From NCBI RefSeq assembly GCF_036321535.1, contig NC_087437.1, positions 27,654,001 to 27,718,000 of the forward strand: a stretch of 64,000 bases of DNA, in the 5' to 3' direction. The stretch comes from Camelus dromedarius (Eukaryota). Below are positions 37,585 to 52,500 of this stretch, one piece after another. The position numbers and the translations under genes are program-made. How positions within the stretch are numbered: the first letter of the stretch is position 1; each line of letters starts with the position of its first letter. The notes beneath the pieces are model-generated. The model was not told the DNA's origin and did no database searches. It saw only the letters and a list, made by a program, of their open reading frames with translations.

Positions 37585-40500
37585 ATACATACACACAAAC
37601 ACATCTACACCTACAGCTTAAGCATCTTTCTTTTTCTCATGTATACACACAAGTATCGTAAAGTTATAAGGAAGTATATGTGCATAATAAACACCATTTG
37701 GTGAGAGAAAGGGAAAAAATTAATGAGGTAAAAATATGCAGAGAGCTCCAACATGTTTATTCTATTTTATTTCTTTAGTTGATTTAGAAGTATAAGATTA
37801 TAGAAAAGTTAGGAAAATTAAAAGAATGTAGGCCATCGCCTAATTTTCAAAAACAATCTCCCTTATAAAATGAGTCAACAATGTTTTGATGCATTAGTAT
37901 ATTTCCAATTCTTCAACAAAAGTTACTCATATTACTCAAACTGACCTCTTACCCTCTCCCAAATGTTCTTCAAATGCCACTGAATGACTTCGTAAATCAT
38001 ATTGCCGATTGTGATACTGAGCCTTTAAAGAAGGTAGACTTCCAGTGAACAGCATTAAAATGTTTCCATCGTTCAACTTGCTTTAAAAAATGATGTAACA
38101 TTTGTAAGGTATTTATATAGGGGTTTTCTTACTCACATACATTTGAGGGATATAAACTATCTGGTGAAGGATTGGCACCTAATTTGAAGCCAGCACATTT
38201 TGAAATTTTTTTTCCCTCTTAAAGTCATTTGACACATTATGTAGGCAAATATGGTAATATTTTCATTTTTTTAAGCATCACTATAATTAACGTCTCTTGT
38301 TTATTTGACTTACAGCCTTCAAAAAAGATGTTTTTTGTCTTTAGAATCATGACATTTGAAGTTTCCAAGCATTTCAAGTTTTTTAAGTATTTTCATGCCT
38401 TTCTGCCACAGAACAGGCATGTTAATTTTGCCATGGTAAAGAAGCTTAAATACTATGAACTTGAAAAGGGTTTACAATTACAAAAGGGTCTCTATGCCTG
38501 GCTTAGGACACTTGGCAAAATACACCAGGAAGGAAATACATTTTGTGCAAGTGATGTGCTTGTTCCTGAGAGCCTTGCATCATTTAAAACCCACACGATT
38601 CTGAAATTGTGCCAACAGCTCTGCTTCTCAGACGTTTCACTTTATCAACCGAAGTGGGTCCTCTGTGAAGCCATTCAAATATTATCACCCACTGAACAGC
38701 ACCCTCCTCAGCCTTAGGATTTGCTGCAACTCTTAACAGATCTTCAATATTTGCAGAGGGTGAGGCAGTGCCTTCCTTCCCATCATGCTCCTAAAGTGAG
38801 GCTTAGAAAGTGAGATACCCATGTTTTGATAAAATAAGGCAAACCTGTTGCGTTAACATGCACAGAAAGCTCCTCCTTCTGGTTGCTTTGGTAGGTGGCT
38901 CCAGACTGGACCCGGCAGGCTCCTTTGTCCCCACCAATACCAAGCAAGCTCTGTCCAACATGCTGCAGCGGCGCTCAGGGGCCATGATGCAGCCGCCCTC
39001 CCTTCATGCTATCACGTCCCAGCAGCAACTGATACAGATGAAGCTTCTGCAGCAGCAGCAGCAGCAGCGGCTCCTCAGGCAAGCCCAGGCGCGACCTTTC
39101 CAGCAGGTTTGTCCACCCCCAGCAGCGTGGTCCTGCGCGTTTCCCTGGTCCCTGTAGCTGGGGATGCGTGGGGGTGTGTGACGTGTCCTGCCTGGTGCGC
39201 ATCCCCGTGGACTTGTGTGAGTGCAGGTATGTCTCTCCTGTACGGGTTTATAAACACTTTTCCTCCCTGGCAGTTTACTGTTGCCACTGACCAAATAACT
39301 TGAAATGTCTTAGGTTCATTCAAAGTAAGCCTAAAACGAAAAGAAGAGCTAGTGCTTTTCTAGTCAGTTAGAGGCTGTAGAACTTTTATCCCTGAAGTGA
39401 CCTGCTCTGAGCACTCATTCCCTGTTATAATTATCTCCCTTTTCTGTTCTCCTTTTAGTTCTGCTTTCATGGATTAGTATTTGATTTCTGGCTTGGAGGT
39501 GGTATCTCAGAAGCCCTGATGTTTCTTGGGTTTTCTCTGCACAGACTCTGAGTCTAGTGCGGACTTAATAGGTGCTACAGAAAACACAGGATACACTACA
39601 TATAATAGTCAGTATATGGATAGCTTTAGTTCTCGATTTATATTATTTCTCTTTTTATGCCCTGTAACCCACTTTTCTTTAACTTTTTAGATGGCAGTGA
39701 TTATTCAAGAAAACATTGGTGAAAGTCACCCAAAACTTAGTATAGACTCATAAAACCCACGAATCTGTACATATACAATAAAAAGAGGGAGGTGAGAGTG
39801 TGACTTTTTTCTTCTAGTTTCTCTATGCTTCTTGTGTTTTCCAATTTTTCTTAAAAAAAAAAAAAAAAAAGGCACGATGGTGGTGATGGTGGTGCTGCTA
39901 GCCCCTGTTACGGCACTTACTTCTGCCAGAACGCCTCAAAACACTTGGCCGTGTTGATGATCTTAGCTCTCACAACAACCCTACTATCCTCCAAGGAAGT
40001 AGCCAGTCTTCCCGTTTATCCTGCTCTGTGACAAACCACTGACGTTCAAATTAGCAAGAAATTCTAATGCTTTAAAAAATACTCTTTGTATCTTGAGTAA
40101 CTTTCTAGCCATACCTTCACTGTAAAACTCCAGGGCACTTCTGCCTTCAGTCCACGCAGTGATTTTGGGGGGGGTGAGAGCAGTAGGGATAGTTATGCAG
40201 TCTTAAAAATGCTTCCTTTTTTTAAACCTGTGTTATAAGAGGGACAGGAGAGAGGAGTCTAGTTTGAAGTGCAAGGGAATACAGACAGCAGTGACTACGT
40301 GCTTGCCTCTCCCTGACCCCTCAGGGAGAGTCGGTTGCTCATACTCCCTGGGTGTCAGGAAAGATGGGTCTAAGTTGTTTCTTACACAGGAATGATGAGG
40401 ATTTGATTAAAATATTTTAAAAGCCTTGATTTTGCTTAAGAAAGCAGCATATTGAGAGCCAGTTAAAACCTGTGTGGGATTTTAGCACTTCTTGGGGATG

Positions 40501-43500
40501 AACAAAAATAGTCGTACCACTGTTTCAAATCCATATCAAGAAAAAATAATTTACTAGAAGTCGAATAACCATTCTACTAGAATAAATTCAGCTCCCTTTT
40601 AAAAGTAAGTTAAGCCTAAGTAAAGTTTACCTTCCTAGAAGTATGTTTATTTCTTCCCATCTACCTTTTTATCACAAGGTATAATTTGACTTATTACTAA
40701 CCCACTTTCAGACTGCTACTGCTGAATTCAGTTTTGAATTTCTCTGAGTGGTTCTTAGCCCTGGGCAGAATCTCCCTGAGCCATTCATAGAATATGTTCG
40801 CTTAACTTGATTGAGATAAATTTGTAAGAAAGCAATCGGTTGTAGGCTACAGACGATGAATCATCAGGGTTTTCATGGCATTGAAGAGGAAGCTTGCTGA
40901 CAGAGACAGAAATGATGTGCTCAGTTACAGCTTGTGGTTTCTGGTAAGAACACTGGGTTATCAAACCCTGGAGCAGGTGCCTTCACTGTGCATCCAAATA
41001 AAGGACTTAGGTGACTTGGTGAGAGAACACTGAGTCAGAGCCTTCCGAGGTTGTTAGCTCCTCGGCACGGGTGAATCTAGCACCCTGGAAGCACGCCTCC
41101 TGGATTGATGAAGCCCATTTCAGTTGAGCAGCCAACCCTTTTGTCTGGTAACCGTTCTACCCGGCGGATATGGTATGGCCTTGGAACTCACTCTTTAGCA
41201 GTGTATTTCAAACATACAAGAATAGAAAATAATATCACAAACACATACTTACCACCTAGTTTTATTAAATAATAAGTGTTCTGCCACATTTGTTCTAGCA
41301 CATTTAAAAAAAATAAAACAGTACAGACATGAATGAGGCCCGTGGTCTCCTCTCATTTCCTTTCTTTCCTCTAAAGAGGTAATCCTTACGATGAATGTTG
41401 TGGGGGTTTTTTTCCTTACGAACGTTTTTATATTTTTACTACATATTTTTGCATCCATTGACATAAACATGATACAGTATTACTTTCAGATCTGAAACTT
41501 TATATGATAGTCTTACACTTATATTGTTTTGTGACTTTTTAATTTTGACTAATTTTGAATCATATCTACTTTGTTACACCTAATTTTATTTTGTTGTCCT
41601 GGTTGGATTGCTATTCCATTACGAGTATTAATATTTATCTGTTCTGTTGATGGTCATTTAAGTTATTTCCCATTTTTGATTACTGTTAACCATGCTAGAG
41701 TAAACGTTTTTGTACATCTCTTCTGCACATGCGGAGTTTTAGGATCTGGAGTTGGAAGTGGAAATGTGGATTTGATTGCGAATTTGATTTCTAAAGTGGT
41801 TGTGATTCCCATCAGTTGTAAATGAGTTGTTTTCCTTTCTTCACATCCTCACCAACCCTTGATATTATCAGACTTTAATGTCCTCATTCAGAGCAGGTGA
41901 AATGGTATTGTGTGATGACGCTGTAATTTGCGTTTTCTGATTTCCTGTGAGTTTAGGTGTGTTTTATAACTTTACTAGTTATTTAAAGTTCTCCCTTCTG
42001 TAATTTTCTGGATTGTATAATTTGAGTGTATTTCAAAATGATTTGGTTCTTATTTGGTAAAGGTATGCAAAATAGTCTTGTTGAAACAAATCTTGAGTTT
42101 TAACGATTATCTTTAATGCATTGACTCAGAGAGTATAATTTATATACATCTCAGCAACAGAAATGAACTTAGTAGGACAATGAGCTAGTAAATGTGTCCT
42201 AAACCCTGTCATTTGGTTCCTTGGCTGGAAACCATGTCCAGGAAAGTGGATGCTCTGCTTATTACTTAATACCTGGTATTTCTATTTATTTGAATGATGA
42301 GGAAGTCGACCATTTCATTTGCTGAAATTATGAGTGTGCAACTGTTAATGATCCGTAAGATAGCTTACAAAGCTTGATTTTTATGAGCAGGGAGAAGATT
42401 GGGGTAGCAGGTGAGAGAATGAACCACTAAGACAAATGAATATTTGCAATGAATTATGTACCTACCCCTAACATGACGAGAATAGGTATTACTTGCTTGG
42501 GAAATTCCTGTGATTTCTAGTCCTTAGTGGAGTAAAATACCTTTTCAATTAGGGTTGAGAATTTTTTGCCTTATCTCTATTTCTAAAACGCAAGTTGAAC
42601 AGAAAAATTTTAATATCTCAGACAAAAGGTCACTTAAAATCCATTTATGAAAATGAGTAAACAAGGGAGTCATTGATCTGAGTTACAGGAGTTTTTTCCC
42701 CCAGCATGTAGTTCCCTTTTTCTAAGTAATTCCCCATTAGCATGCAAACACTGGTGGCACTATGAATATCTGTGTTCTATTTTGGTTGATTGAATGTGTG
42801 GTGAAACTGATGTTCTGCTTTCATGGGCATTTACTGGGTTGGAGCTGTCTATCCTCCAATGGTATGTGACCTGTTCACTTAATGTCTTGTCTGCTTGATG
42901 TGACCCAGTGTCCTGAGCTCTCCCCAGCTCTGGGCTAGGAAGGAATGTGGTGCTCTTTTCCTTGCACTGGAGCACCAACATGCCTTAGTTTCAAGAAGCT
43001 GTCTGGGTCTGATTGCGCCCCCAACTCCTTGTATGTCCTCATTTAACCTCCAGGTTGTGCTGTTCCATTAAATGACTCTTGCCATATTATTTGTGACCCA
43101 GCCGATGGTGATATTGTTTGGCATATAAATTAATAAAACTTCTTAAGGCCTGGGTTTTTAAGTCTTGACTCTCTGAAACATTGTTTTTAAAAGTGAACTA
43201 ATTCATATGTATTTTGGCTCCCCACATCGTTAGGCTAAACGATCTTATCTGTATTGTCTGCCATTTTCTTGCTGTCCCCTTTCTGTAGGACTTCTGTAAC
43301 TCTGCTGTCTCCCTTCTGGAAGACTTTGACAACATAATGGTAACACCCCTGCTGTCATTCCTTTTTCTTTCTTTTCTTTTCTTTCCTTTTTTTTTTTAAA
43401 CTTTTATAGCATTACTCTTTGAACATCAAAATGAGAAGCGGGTTATTCCTCTATAGCTGGTGATAATTACAGTCCTCATTTCACTCTTACTCAGTTTATG

Positions 43501-46500
43501 TTTGAGACTGTAACACAGAATCATGAATGCATTGACCATGTTCAGCTTAATGGAGTTTATTTCTAAAAGTTGTCCCCTTTGATTGCGTCATGATTTTCAT
43601 CATACATGTGTATGGTATAGAAACCAGCAGACATTCATGGCCTGGGCTTGGGACCATAGACCAGTTCGTATACCTTCGTCTCAGTCCCAGTTTTGAGCTC
43701 TTGCTTCTCTCTGGTAACTCACATCATTAGTAGGGGAACGCATGGCATGCTGACTCACTCACAGGCCAGTGCAAGATAATGAAAACTGTGGTTATGAAAC
43801 ATGCCCTTCTCATCACATCCCACTCACTGGTTCTTCCTAAATTCTCAACAGAACGCATCATCTCTGTTTTCTTTCCGGTATGGAGGAGGTGTTTTTTGGG
43901 GGCATAGGTCTTGTGCATGCATGTCGTAAGATTTCATCTCTACTGCTTTGCCTGGGCTAGCTAAGAATGCATGTTTTGCATTAAATTACTTGTAGGTTTC
44001 TGTATCAGGTAGCCAACCCACAACATAAATCCAAGAAGCATTAGAATAAAAAAGAGCACACATCTCAGATGTGAATGTAAGTCAACTTGTTTCACTGCCA
44101 ATTTGATGGGTAACATTTTCTATACACTGGTGAAAATATCCTTAACTGCATATACAAGTTTTGAAAATATTCGTTATGAAATACTGTTATACAGGCAATT
44201 TTTTTAGTTCTTTCAGCAGAGGAAAATTTGGAGACTTCCTTGGAATCAATTTTTCTATCCATTTTTCTTTACACTTTTAGTATACCGAGAGCAGGCGAGG
44301 TTTTCGTTTATTTAAAAACTTGAATTCAACTTTGTCAGATTTCAAAAATATTTTGAAGATAGCTTATGTTTGCTGTAGGGCATTTATTGTTCGAGATAAT
44401 AATGAAATTTGAATAAATACAATTTGCGTTAATTATTGATTGTACTTTTTAAAAAACTAGACAAAGTATTTTGTTCAAGTATTTAACATCAAAAGGTAAT
44501 GTACTTTCTGTATTCATTCAGATAAATGGAAATGTGTATATATATCTTCACTGTCCTTTTCACCATTCTTATTTTCTTTTAATATTCGCCAGGATTAGGA
44601 ATTTAATGAATGTATATCCTCAACCAATCAATATGTTATATTCATGATTTATGAGCATATTAACAGAATATATTGTGAAGGTTTATTTTTGTATAAAGTG
44701 TGTTTATTTCAGAATGAACCAGTTTGTTCCAGCCGTTCCTGTTACTGTTAATTAATTCCCAACAAAGTTATATTTGATATGAAAGCTTTATAAAAGAATC
44801 AAGTGCAACTGGTCAACAGGACCTCTCACAGAGTTTTCTGGTATCTGTTGTCTGCAATCAGAATACACTCGTATAATGTGCTGACCATAACTTCTGGGTC
44901 ACACCATTTGTTGTTCAGCCTTGGGCACCATTACTCAGTACCTTCCAAACCAGTAGTGGCAAATAAAGGCCATTTTGCTAGGTGACTCATAAAACGTTAC
45001 CCACACTGGTTTTCATTGGGTGACTTTTATTTTTGTTCCTAAATCAGCATTTTCAGAAACAGAGTCACAAAATCTGGATGTGGTTTTTCTGGTACAGCTT
45101 GTCTCTACTTGAGACCCTTAAATGCTATTGGAAAGTTACTAAATAGGGATTTGAGAAAAAGCATTACTAGTGGATGGGGTGGATGGAAGATTCCTCATCC
45201 TGACATGCTTCTGATTGCATTGCTTACTGTCTGCTAATTGGAGTTAGAACCAATTCTCCTTTAGAAAGAGATCCTTATATTTTCTCAGTTGACTGAGAGA
45301 GTGAACTAATGAAGGGAATAGGGCCCAGAAGAATGAAAATTAACTTTGAAGATGATTTGTCAAAAATTATTAACTTACTGGATGCATGAATTTCAAATTA
45401 TGCAAGAGGTTTTGAGTCCACTCTCTTTGAGCTCAATAATGTCTCTGGTGTCATTGAAAATAAAGCCATCAAAGAGAGAATTGTTCCTGTAAAGGCCAGG
45501 AAGATGAATCAGTATTGTAAAAGCACAACTTTCTTAGAAGTTTTTAGAAAGTGGAAATTTTAGAAAATATTACAGATTTATATTTCCTACCTAGAGGCCA
45601 GCCCAAAGCAAAATGCATGAAAACAAATGCAGGAGAACAAACGTAGGCATTAATCTCAAGTAGCAATGCAGAGGTGGGTTCACGTAACTGTCAGAATTCC
45701 CCCGCTAACTGTGGCGTGGTCCCTTAGCACCTGTAAATTGGGTGCTGGAGCCAGGGCACAAATGTGTCTTATTTTCTCTCTCAGTGATGTGCTCAAAGTC
45801 ACGTGGCACCTGGCTAGACACAAATACTCCACCAAAAACCAGCCTCCCGAACTGCCGTCTCCACCCCCAAGAATAGGAAGTTAATGCTGCCTCTCCCTGT
45901 TTCAGTTAAGCAGAGTGTATTAAGAGGGGGACTTGAGCTGCTCTCCAGATAGTAATGCAGGCAGAAAGGAGAAATCATTATAGTGGCAGATGCTAAAAAT
46001 TAAAAAGAGAGTTTTTTTTTTTTTAAGTGAGTTTTTGAAACAGAAAATGCTGCCAAAAAATAGGGGCAATTGGAAAGCACTTGGTAAACTAATTTATGCT
46101 GAAATAATAAATCCCAATTTACCTTTGGAACTCTTGTTTAATAGATAGACTAAATTAAATCTTAGATTGCCTCAATAGATATTTATTGAGCCCTTCCTGT
46201 ATGCCAGATGCAGTGTTGGGAACGGATTAAAAATAAATAAAATAAAGCTTAGGAAGTTTTCCGAAAGTAATGGATAAGTAGATTACATATAACTAAGGCG
46301 ACCAGAAGTCATGATTTGCCAGGCCTGGTCTCACTCTGCCGCCTCTCCCAGCCCGGCCCAGTTTCTTGCTTAAATGCAGCAAAACCATTCCACCAACATT
46401 TAAAATTTTATTACTAAATTTCAGTTTTTAGTTTTCTCACTTCTTCCCACATTTTGGTCCCCATTTAAGCATTTGTAAAATCTTTCAAGTTACTAAAGAG

Positions 46501-49500
46501 CATCTCAGTCAGTCATTTTTTACTCAACAGACTGAACTGTATCTACACATAAATAATTTGTTCCTGGCATTATTCTGGGAAACCCAGAGAACAGCAGGAG
46601 TTCGCTTCAGTTTGGCAGAGGAGATGAGTGTTTTTCATTCAGGGCAAATACGCCTGTGAAGCCCTTGGGGAGAGCTGGCCAACTTGAGGTGTTTGTGATT
46701 ACTTCAGGGAGGGTGCTGACTCCTAGGATTCTTACCTACTGTGCTTACGTAGTGAGTTGGGGGGAAAATGATGATGGGGGAACATAATATATTGACACGT
46801 AAACCGTTTACCTTTAGACTAAAAATGGTTCACTGAAGAATACGTGAATTTTAGAGTGTAAAAACTGATTTGAAAATTTTCACCCCCTCCTTGCTTTTTT
46901 CAAAGTTACAGTGTTTTTCCTTGAATATTAATTTTGTAATTTAAAAAAATGTGGATAGTTTAAAATTCATAGTTCTTAAATTTGAACAGTCTCAACTGTT
47001 ATTTGTCATTAAAAGGGTGTTGCCCAGTAACTCGGGTATTTACCTTATTAGAACTCTAGTTTCCCCTCACACCTAAGTTGTAGTTTGTTTCATAAAGTTC
47101 TTCCATAGCAAAGGAATAGTGAAGCTAGAGAAGCTCTGTTTTCTGCATCTGCACGCAGCTGTCTCATGCGACCACATCTGGTTTCCCTCAAAGCTGAAAA
47201 AGGGCACAGGTATTTTAGACTACTTAAGGATCTCAAGATTCTAACTCACATAATTCATTCATTTTTCTTCTGTGAGAATGATAATAATACACATATATTT
47301 GTCCCCACAAAAAAAGCACAACACTGTTTCAGGGACCTTGGCCGACACTGTCAGGGAGCACTGGTCCGAGGAGTGGCATTTAAAGATCTGGGTGATTTCA
47401 TGACTCCTTGGCTTAGTGTTTGGAGGATCAGGAGCCACTGGGCTACTTTGGGGCGATACTCCTGCCACACTGCCATGGCGTGGATTCTCATAAAGGGAGT
47501 TTGGGCTATTTTTCTTAGACCAAAGCAAGAAGAGAGATAATTGCACTTAAACTACACAGCTAAAGGCTGGTACCAGGAAGATACCCTATTTTAGAAAGTT
47601 AGATTCTTGTTGAAGCTGTTATATGTAAATACCATAGTGGATACTCAGAAATTCGTGTTTGGTCCACGTGTGGTTGGAGAGTCACCTTAGGAGACGCTGA
47701 AGTTTCTTAAATTCCCTCAAGGGCTTTTATGTCGGGACCAGGGAAAAGGCTTCACCGTCTGATGTATACAACATAGTACTTCAGTATCTCATTAGCAAGT
47801 CTTCATAGAGCATCTCCTTTTGGTTTCTTCTTGGGTTGAGTTTGAGAGGCTAGTTGTCCCCAAAGAATAAGCACCAAATGAGATTTTAAATATTTTTATC
47901 CTTAATACCACATACGGAAGCATCGTGTCATAATGGAAAAAAAAAAAAACCCTAGGCCTTGGAGTCAGTCTTCCCCGAGTGCAGCCAGCTCTAGCCGGGT
48001 CAGCTCGCTCAGCTGCCTATGTGCTGCGAGCCTGGCTTTTCCTGCCTGACGGAAACGAGGGTGCCGCTCCCTCCCTGCAGAGTTCCTGTGAGAAAATGGG
48101 AATGAGAACAGGAAGCCCGGTTTCAAGTGCGTGATAGATGCTTAATAACGGTGCTATTTTCCCCCTTAAGCTACATGTTTATCCCTTTCTTCCTGCCAGA
48201 AATATCTGTGCTACTTTCTAAGGACATTAAAATGGTTTTATATAACTACAGTATAGCACTTTTAAAAAATGAGGACATCTATGATAAAAACAACAGTAAA
48301 ATATCCTAGAATAAACCCCATTCTTTATAGTTAGTAAGTCCTGACGAGAAACAAGGGGTGGTTGGAAGCTAGGCCTCTTTCTGTGTTATTATTACAAACT
48401 TCCATGAAATAGCTTCTGCCGCCAAAATATAAAATACATACAGCTGCTCTTATAGTTATTCTCCTAAGGCCAAAACATGTATTAAATTAAGGCAGATGTT
48501 AACTGGTTTTATTTTATATTGTAGTTGCTTAGAATTGTATTTGATATTAACTCATTATAAATTTGTATTGATTGTTAGAGTCGTAAGAGATTTCAAATTC
48601 ATCCCTTGAATACACGGCTAAATAGGCAATTTGTAGGTCACTGTGAAGAAACGCGATAAAAAGGCATGAAGTCTGCACACGCCATTTGTGTGCACCACGT
48701 GCTCGCTCACTTGATGAGCACAGGGTAATGCAGCCCGGTGGTTTCAGGTTTCACACTTAGAGACTCATGCCTTTTGTTCTCGGGCATTTGCACCCTGGAG
48801 TGTGCGGGAGAGCTGGCTCAGAGCCTCTCTGATGAGCAGACCATTGGTGATGTTGGCTTGTGTTTATGTCAGTGTTACCACTGGGGACATCTCTAGTCGT
48901 CTGCGGAACAAATAGTAAGTGCAGCAGTCTCTGCTGTTAATAGGAAGTTGAGGAGAAGTAGTATTTAACACAGCTGGGAAATCTGCAAGTGCTGCTCTCA
49001 CATAGGGTTTGCTGTCAGGGGCTCTGGGGGTTATGAGCCAGGATCCTGAATCCATCCCTGCTGTTATGATCAAGAGCCACCTCGGCTTTGTTTTCCAGGG
49101 CCAGCCAGGGGACCAGGCTGCTCTCTTTGCTGCTCAAGCACGGCCCTCCCCTCAGCTCCCCCAGTACCCAGGGCTGCAGCAAGCACAGGTACCCACGTTT
49201 GCTTTGTAGATGCTGCCGGGATTTTTAATGCTCTTTATTTGAAGGAGGAAACTAAGAAATAGGGTATCAGTTCCCTTACTGGGTATGGAATTTAGTCACT
49301 TCTGCTTATTGATTATAATTGACATTTCAAAAAAAAAAAGCATTACCAGTGATCATTAAACAAGCTCAGGATTGATTAAAGGGCATGCAACATTTTAGGA
49401 GCTTCTTGAATTAAAAACAAACAAATTCAGACCTCTCTATTGATGATGGTAGATGTTGAAGTAGTTAACAGTCCCTGAATACCTACGGTACATTGTATAA

Positions 49501-52500
49501 TGATGTAATTTGTGATTGAATGTATCATGTTCAAAGATAGCTTTGGAGAAGAACCGCGGTAGAGTAAGAAGATAATTGGCCTTGGGATCAGACCTTGACA
49601 GAACTCCTGGCAACCTACAAGCTGTGTAACTGTGCAGGTTACTCTGAGTCTTGGCTTCCTTCTCTGTGAAACAGATTCGAACGTGAAATTCTACAGCCAG
49701 TTCATTCAGTGACTTTCTGGCTGTCCTCTCTGCCTCCACAGTATTCTTCCTATTTAGAGTCAGAAGAGCCTTTGAGAACAATGAGTTTCAGGGGGCTTCT
49801 CATGGCCTTGTTTTTTGCCCCACATATCTTAGTGATAGGAAAGCTGTTGGTAAGTGGAAACGTTGATTTTGTTCCTTGTGCCTGCCTGCAGACCATGCCC
49901 CAGGGCTATACGATGTATGGAACCCAGATGCCTTTGCAGCAGACCCCGCAGCAGCAGGCTGGCAGCGTGGTCCTGTCTCCTACCTATAATTCCAGAACCT
50001 ACCCGGCCGCACATTCCAACCCGGTGCTAATGGAAAGACTCAGACAGATGCAGCAGCAGCCGCCGAGCGGCTACGTCCAGCAGCAGGCGTCGCCGTACCT
50101 GCAGCCCTTGAGTGGCTCTCAGAGGTGATACATGTGGAAATGATGATTGCAGTGTAGACACTCAAATTCTTGTCTTTGCTAAGCTTTTTCTAAGGCGTGG
50201 TGCTTTATAATTGATTTTATGAACTTGTATTCAGCATATAATTTTCATTCTGTCATCTCATTTTTAGCAGCATCCAGATAGCGGTTCAAAATAAACAATG
50301 CCCTATCTTGTTTATTTTGTTAAAGGCCCTTATGGCTGGACTCACATCTCCCACAGTATTTGTGTAACATTTTTCGATGATACCACTATGTCAGCTCTAG
50401 TGTTCTTTTTTCTTCCTCTTTTAAAAAGGTTTTTTGGCTCTAAATATGTAAGATAAAAAACATGTTGATTATCGTTAGCAGTGCCTTACTAGAATATGTT
50501 GGTCAGAGCCAGAAAGCCTATGATGCAACGCTCATTGTGCATGGTGTCCATAAAGGTTTTGTTATATATCTTAGTTTCTGCCTTTTCCACTTCAGGAATG
50601 GTTGGCAAAACAGGATCATGAAAGATTCTTTTTCAGTTCTTGCTTTAATTGGATCTTGCAGACACAGTGTATAACTGCTCTGTCCATTGTAGTAGCTACC
50701 AGCCACGTGGGCTATTTAGATTTAGACTAAGGTTAAATTAAAAAATTTAGTTTCTCAGTTGCACTAGTCACTTTTCAAGTGTTCATTGGCCACATGTGGC
50801 CAGTAGGACCACTTCAAAGATGTGTGACCTGTGCACTCACACAGGGTGTTGTGTTTAGAAGGCCTGCGTGGTTGATTTTAATGCTCTGCTGTCACCTACT
50901 TGAAATTCCTACTAATTCTTCATCAGAGAGCCCTGCATTCTGGTTTTGCACCGAGACCAGAAATGATGTAGCTGGTCCTCATGTAGCCAGTTGCTATCTT
51001 AATGGACATCAAAGGTGTAGGACATTTCAGTCGCTATGAAGGTTGTGCTGGATGGCACTGGTCTCAGACTTCGGTGTCATGCAGAGTGTTGCACCTCAGT
51101 GGACCGCAGCCTGGTTCCCCATGCAGTAGCATCAAAGGCTGCACGTCAACTCCGAGTGCTCACTGTTCAGAAAGTTGGCAAAGCTGATGGTAGCACATTT
51201 GGGAATAAGTAAATTTGGAAAACATGCATTATATGTAATATTTGTCTGGTAAGTGGCAGCATTAACATACTGCCTAAGAACTTGAATTTCAGAGCCCCAA
51301 AGTTCTGGGTTTAAATCCCACCTGTGCCATTTGCTGTCTGAATACCTTTGGTCCCTTACTTCTAGCTCTGTTTTCTCATTTTAAAAATAGAAATAACAAA
51401 ACTGCTGCCCTCAAAGGACAGCTGTGGGGGGAGTAAACGAAGTAATAAATTTCAGACTCTTCCCATGGTGCCTGCTCCAGATGAAATGCTCAGTTAATGT
51501 AACTTATTATTTTAAGACTGTTAAAACATTTTTAAACAGTAATTTATCCACAATTGCAATTTTTCTGTAAGTAGTAAGTGTGCTTGCTGTCCTCTGTCAA
51601 GCGACACCATCTATCCCTGGGAATCTAGGTTATTTAACCATTGGCCTTTATTGCTTTTGAATTATACACGTGATTATTGAACACGATCATTTCTTTGCGA
51701 ACGTGTGCAATGGGCCAGTGGCACTGATTAAAAATTTGACAGTACGCTTGCGCCTGAAAATAAGTTGTGTTGTTCTTTACCAGACTGAATCATCAGTCAC
51801 TTCAGCAGAGCCCCCTGGTGGGCGGAGGAATCGATGCGGTGCTGACTTCCGCGCATCCAAACCTTCCCTCGGTGCCCCTGTCTCAGGACCCGATGAGGCC
51901 CAGACAGCCGCAGGTTCGACAGCAGCAGAGACTCCTCCAGGTAGGGGCTGGGAGTGAGTGCAATGTGTGTTGGGTCCCCAGCAGTCATAAGAAGTAACAG
52001 ACACTTCAGATTTTAATTGCCTAGTTCCAGAGAATCCTGTGTATTTGACACTAGGAGCTAAACCGGTGTAATTTAGTTTCAGTTCTCTGTACATCTTGCA
52101 GACCATCCTTCTGCTTTCATGAAGGTTCAGGAGGGTAGCTGGATAGTAATCTTAATAGTAAGCCTCCGCTTACCCAGTCACAGCTTAATCAGAGGCCATG
52201 CAATTTGAGTTTCAGATTTCTTATATGTGTTTAAAAAACAAACAAACCAAAATTGAGCTGTCCAGAGTTTTCATGAGATTTCTAGAGGAGTCTGTAATCT
52301 GAAAAATTTTCTTTCACACTTCTAGTCTGACTGGGCTGTGAAGTTGGAGTTACATGGGTGCAGTATTTCATCTCGTCTCTGGTGGAATCCAGAGAACTGT
52401 TCTTCATTTATTTGATATGAATATGTGAGTCTTCCAGATAAAGGGCTCCTGCCCTTGACACATTCTTGCTTCTACCTCCCTTGTTTAGGAAATACAGGCT

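Noticed and set aside
38229..38717. 162-aa plus-strand ORF
   Set aside because: It has a non-ATG start, AT-rich intronic composition and no recognisable motif or splice context.
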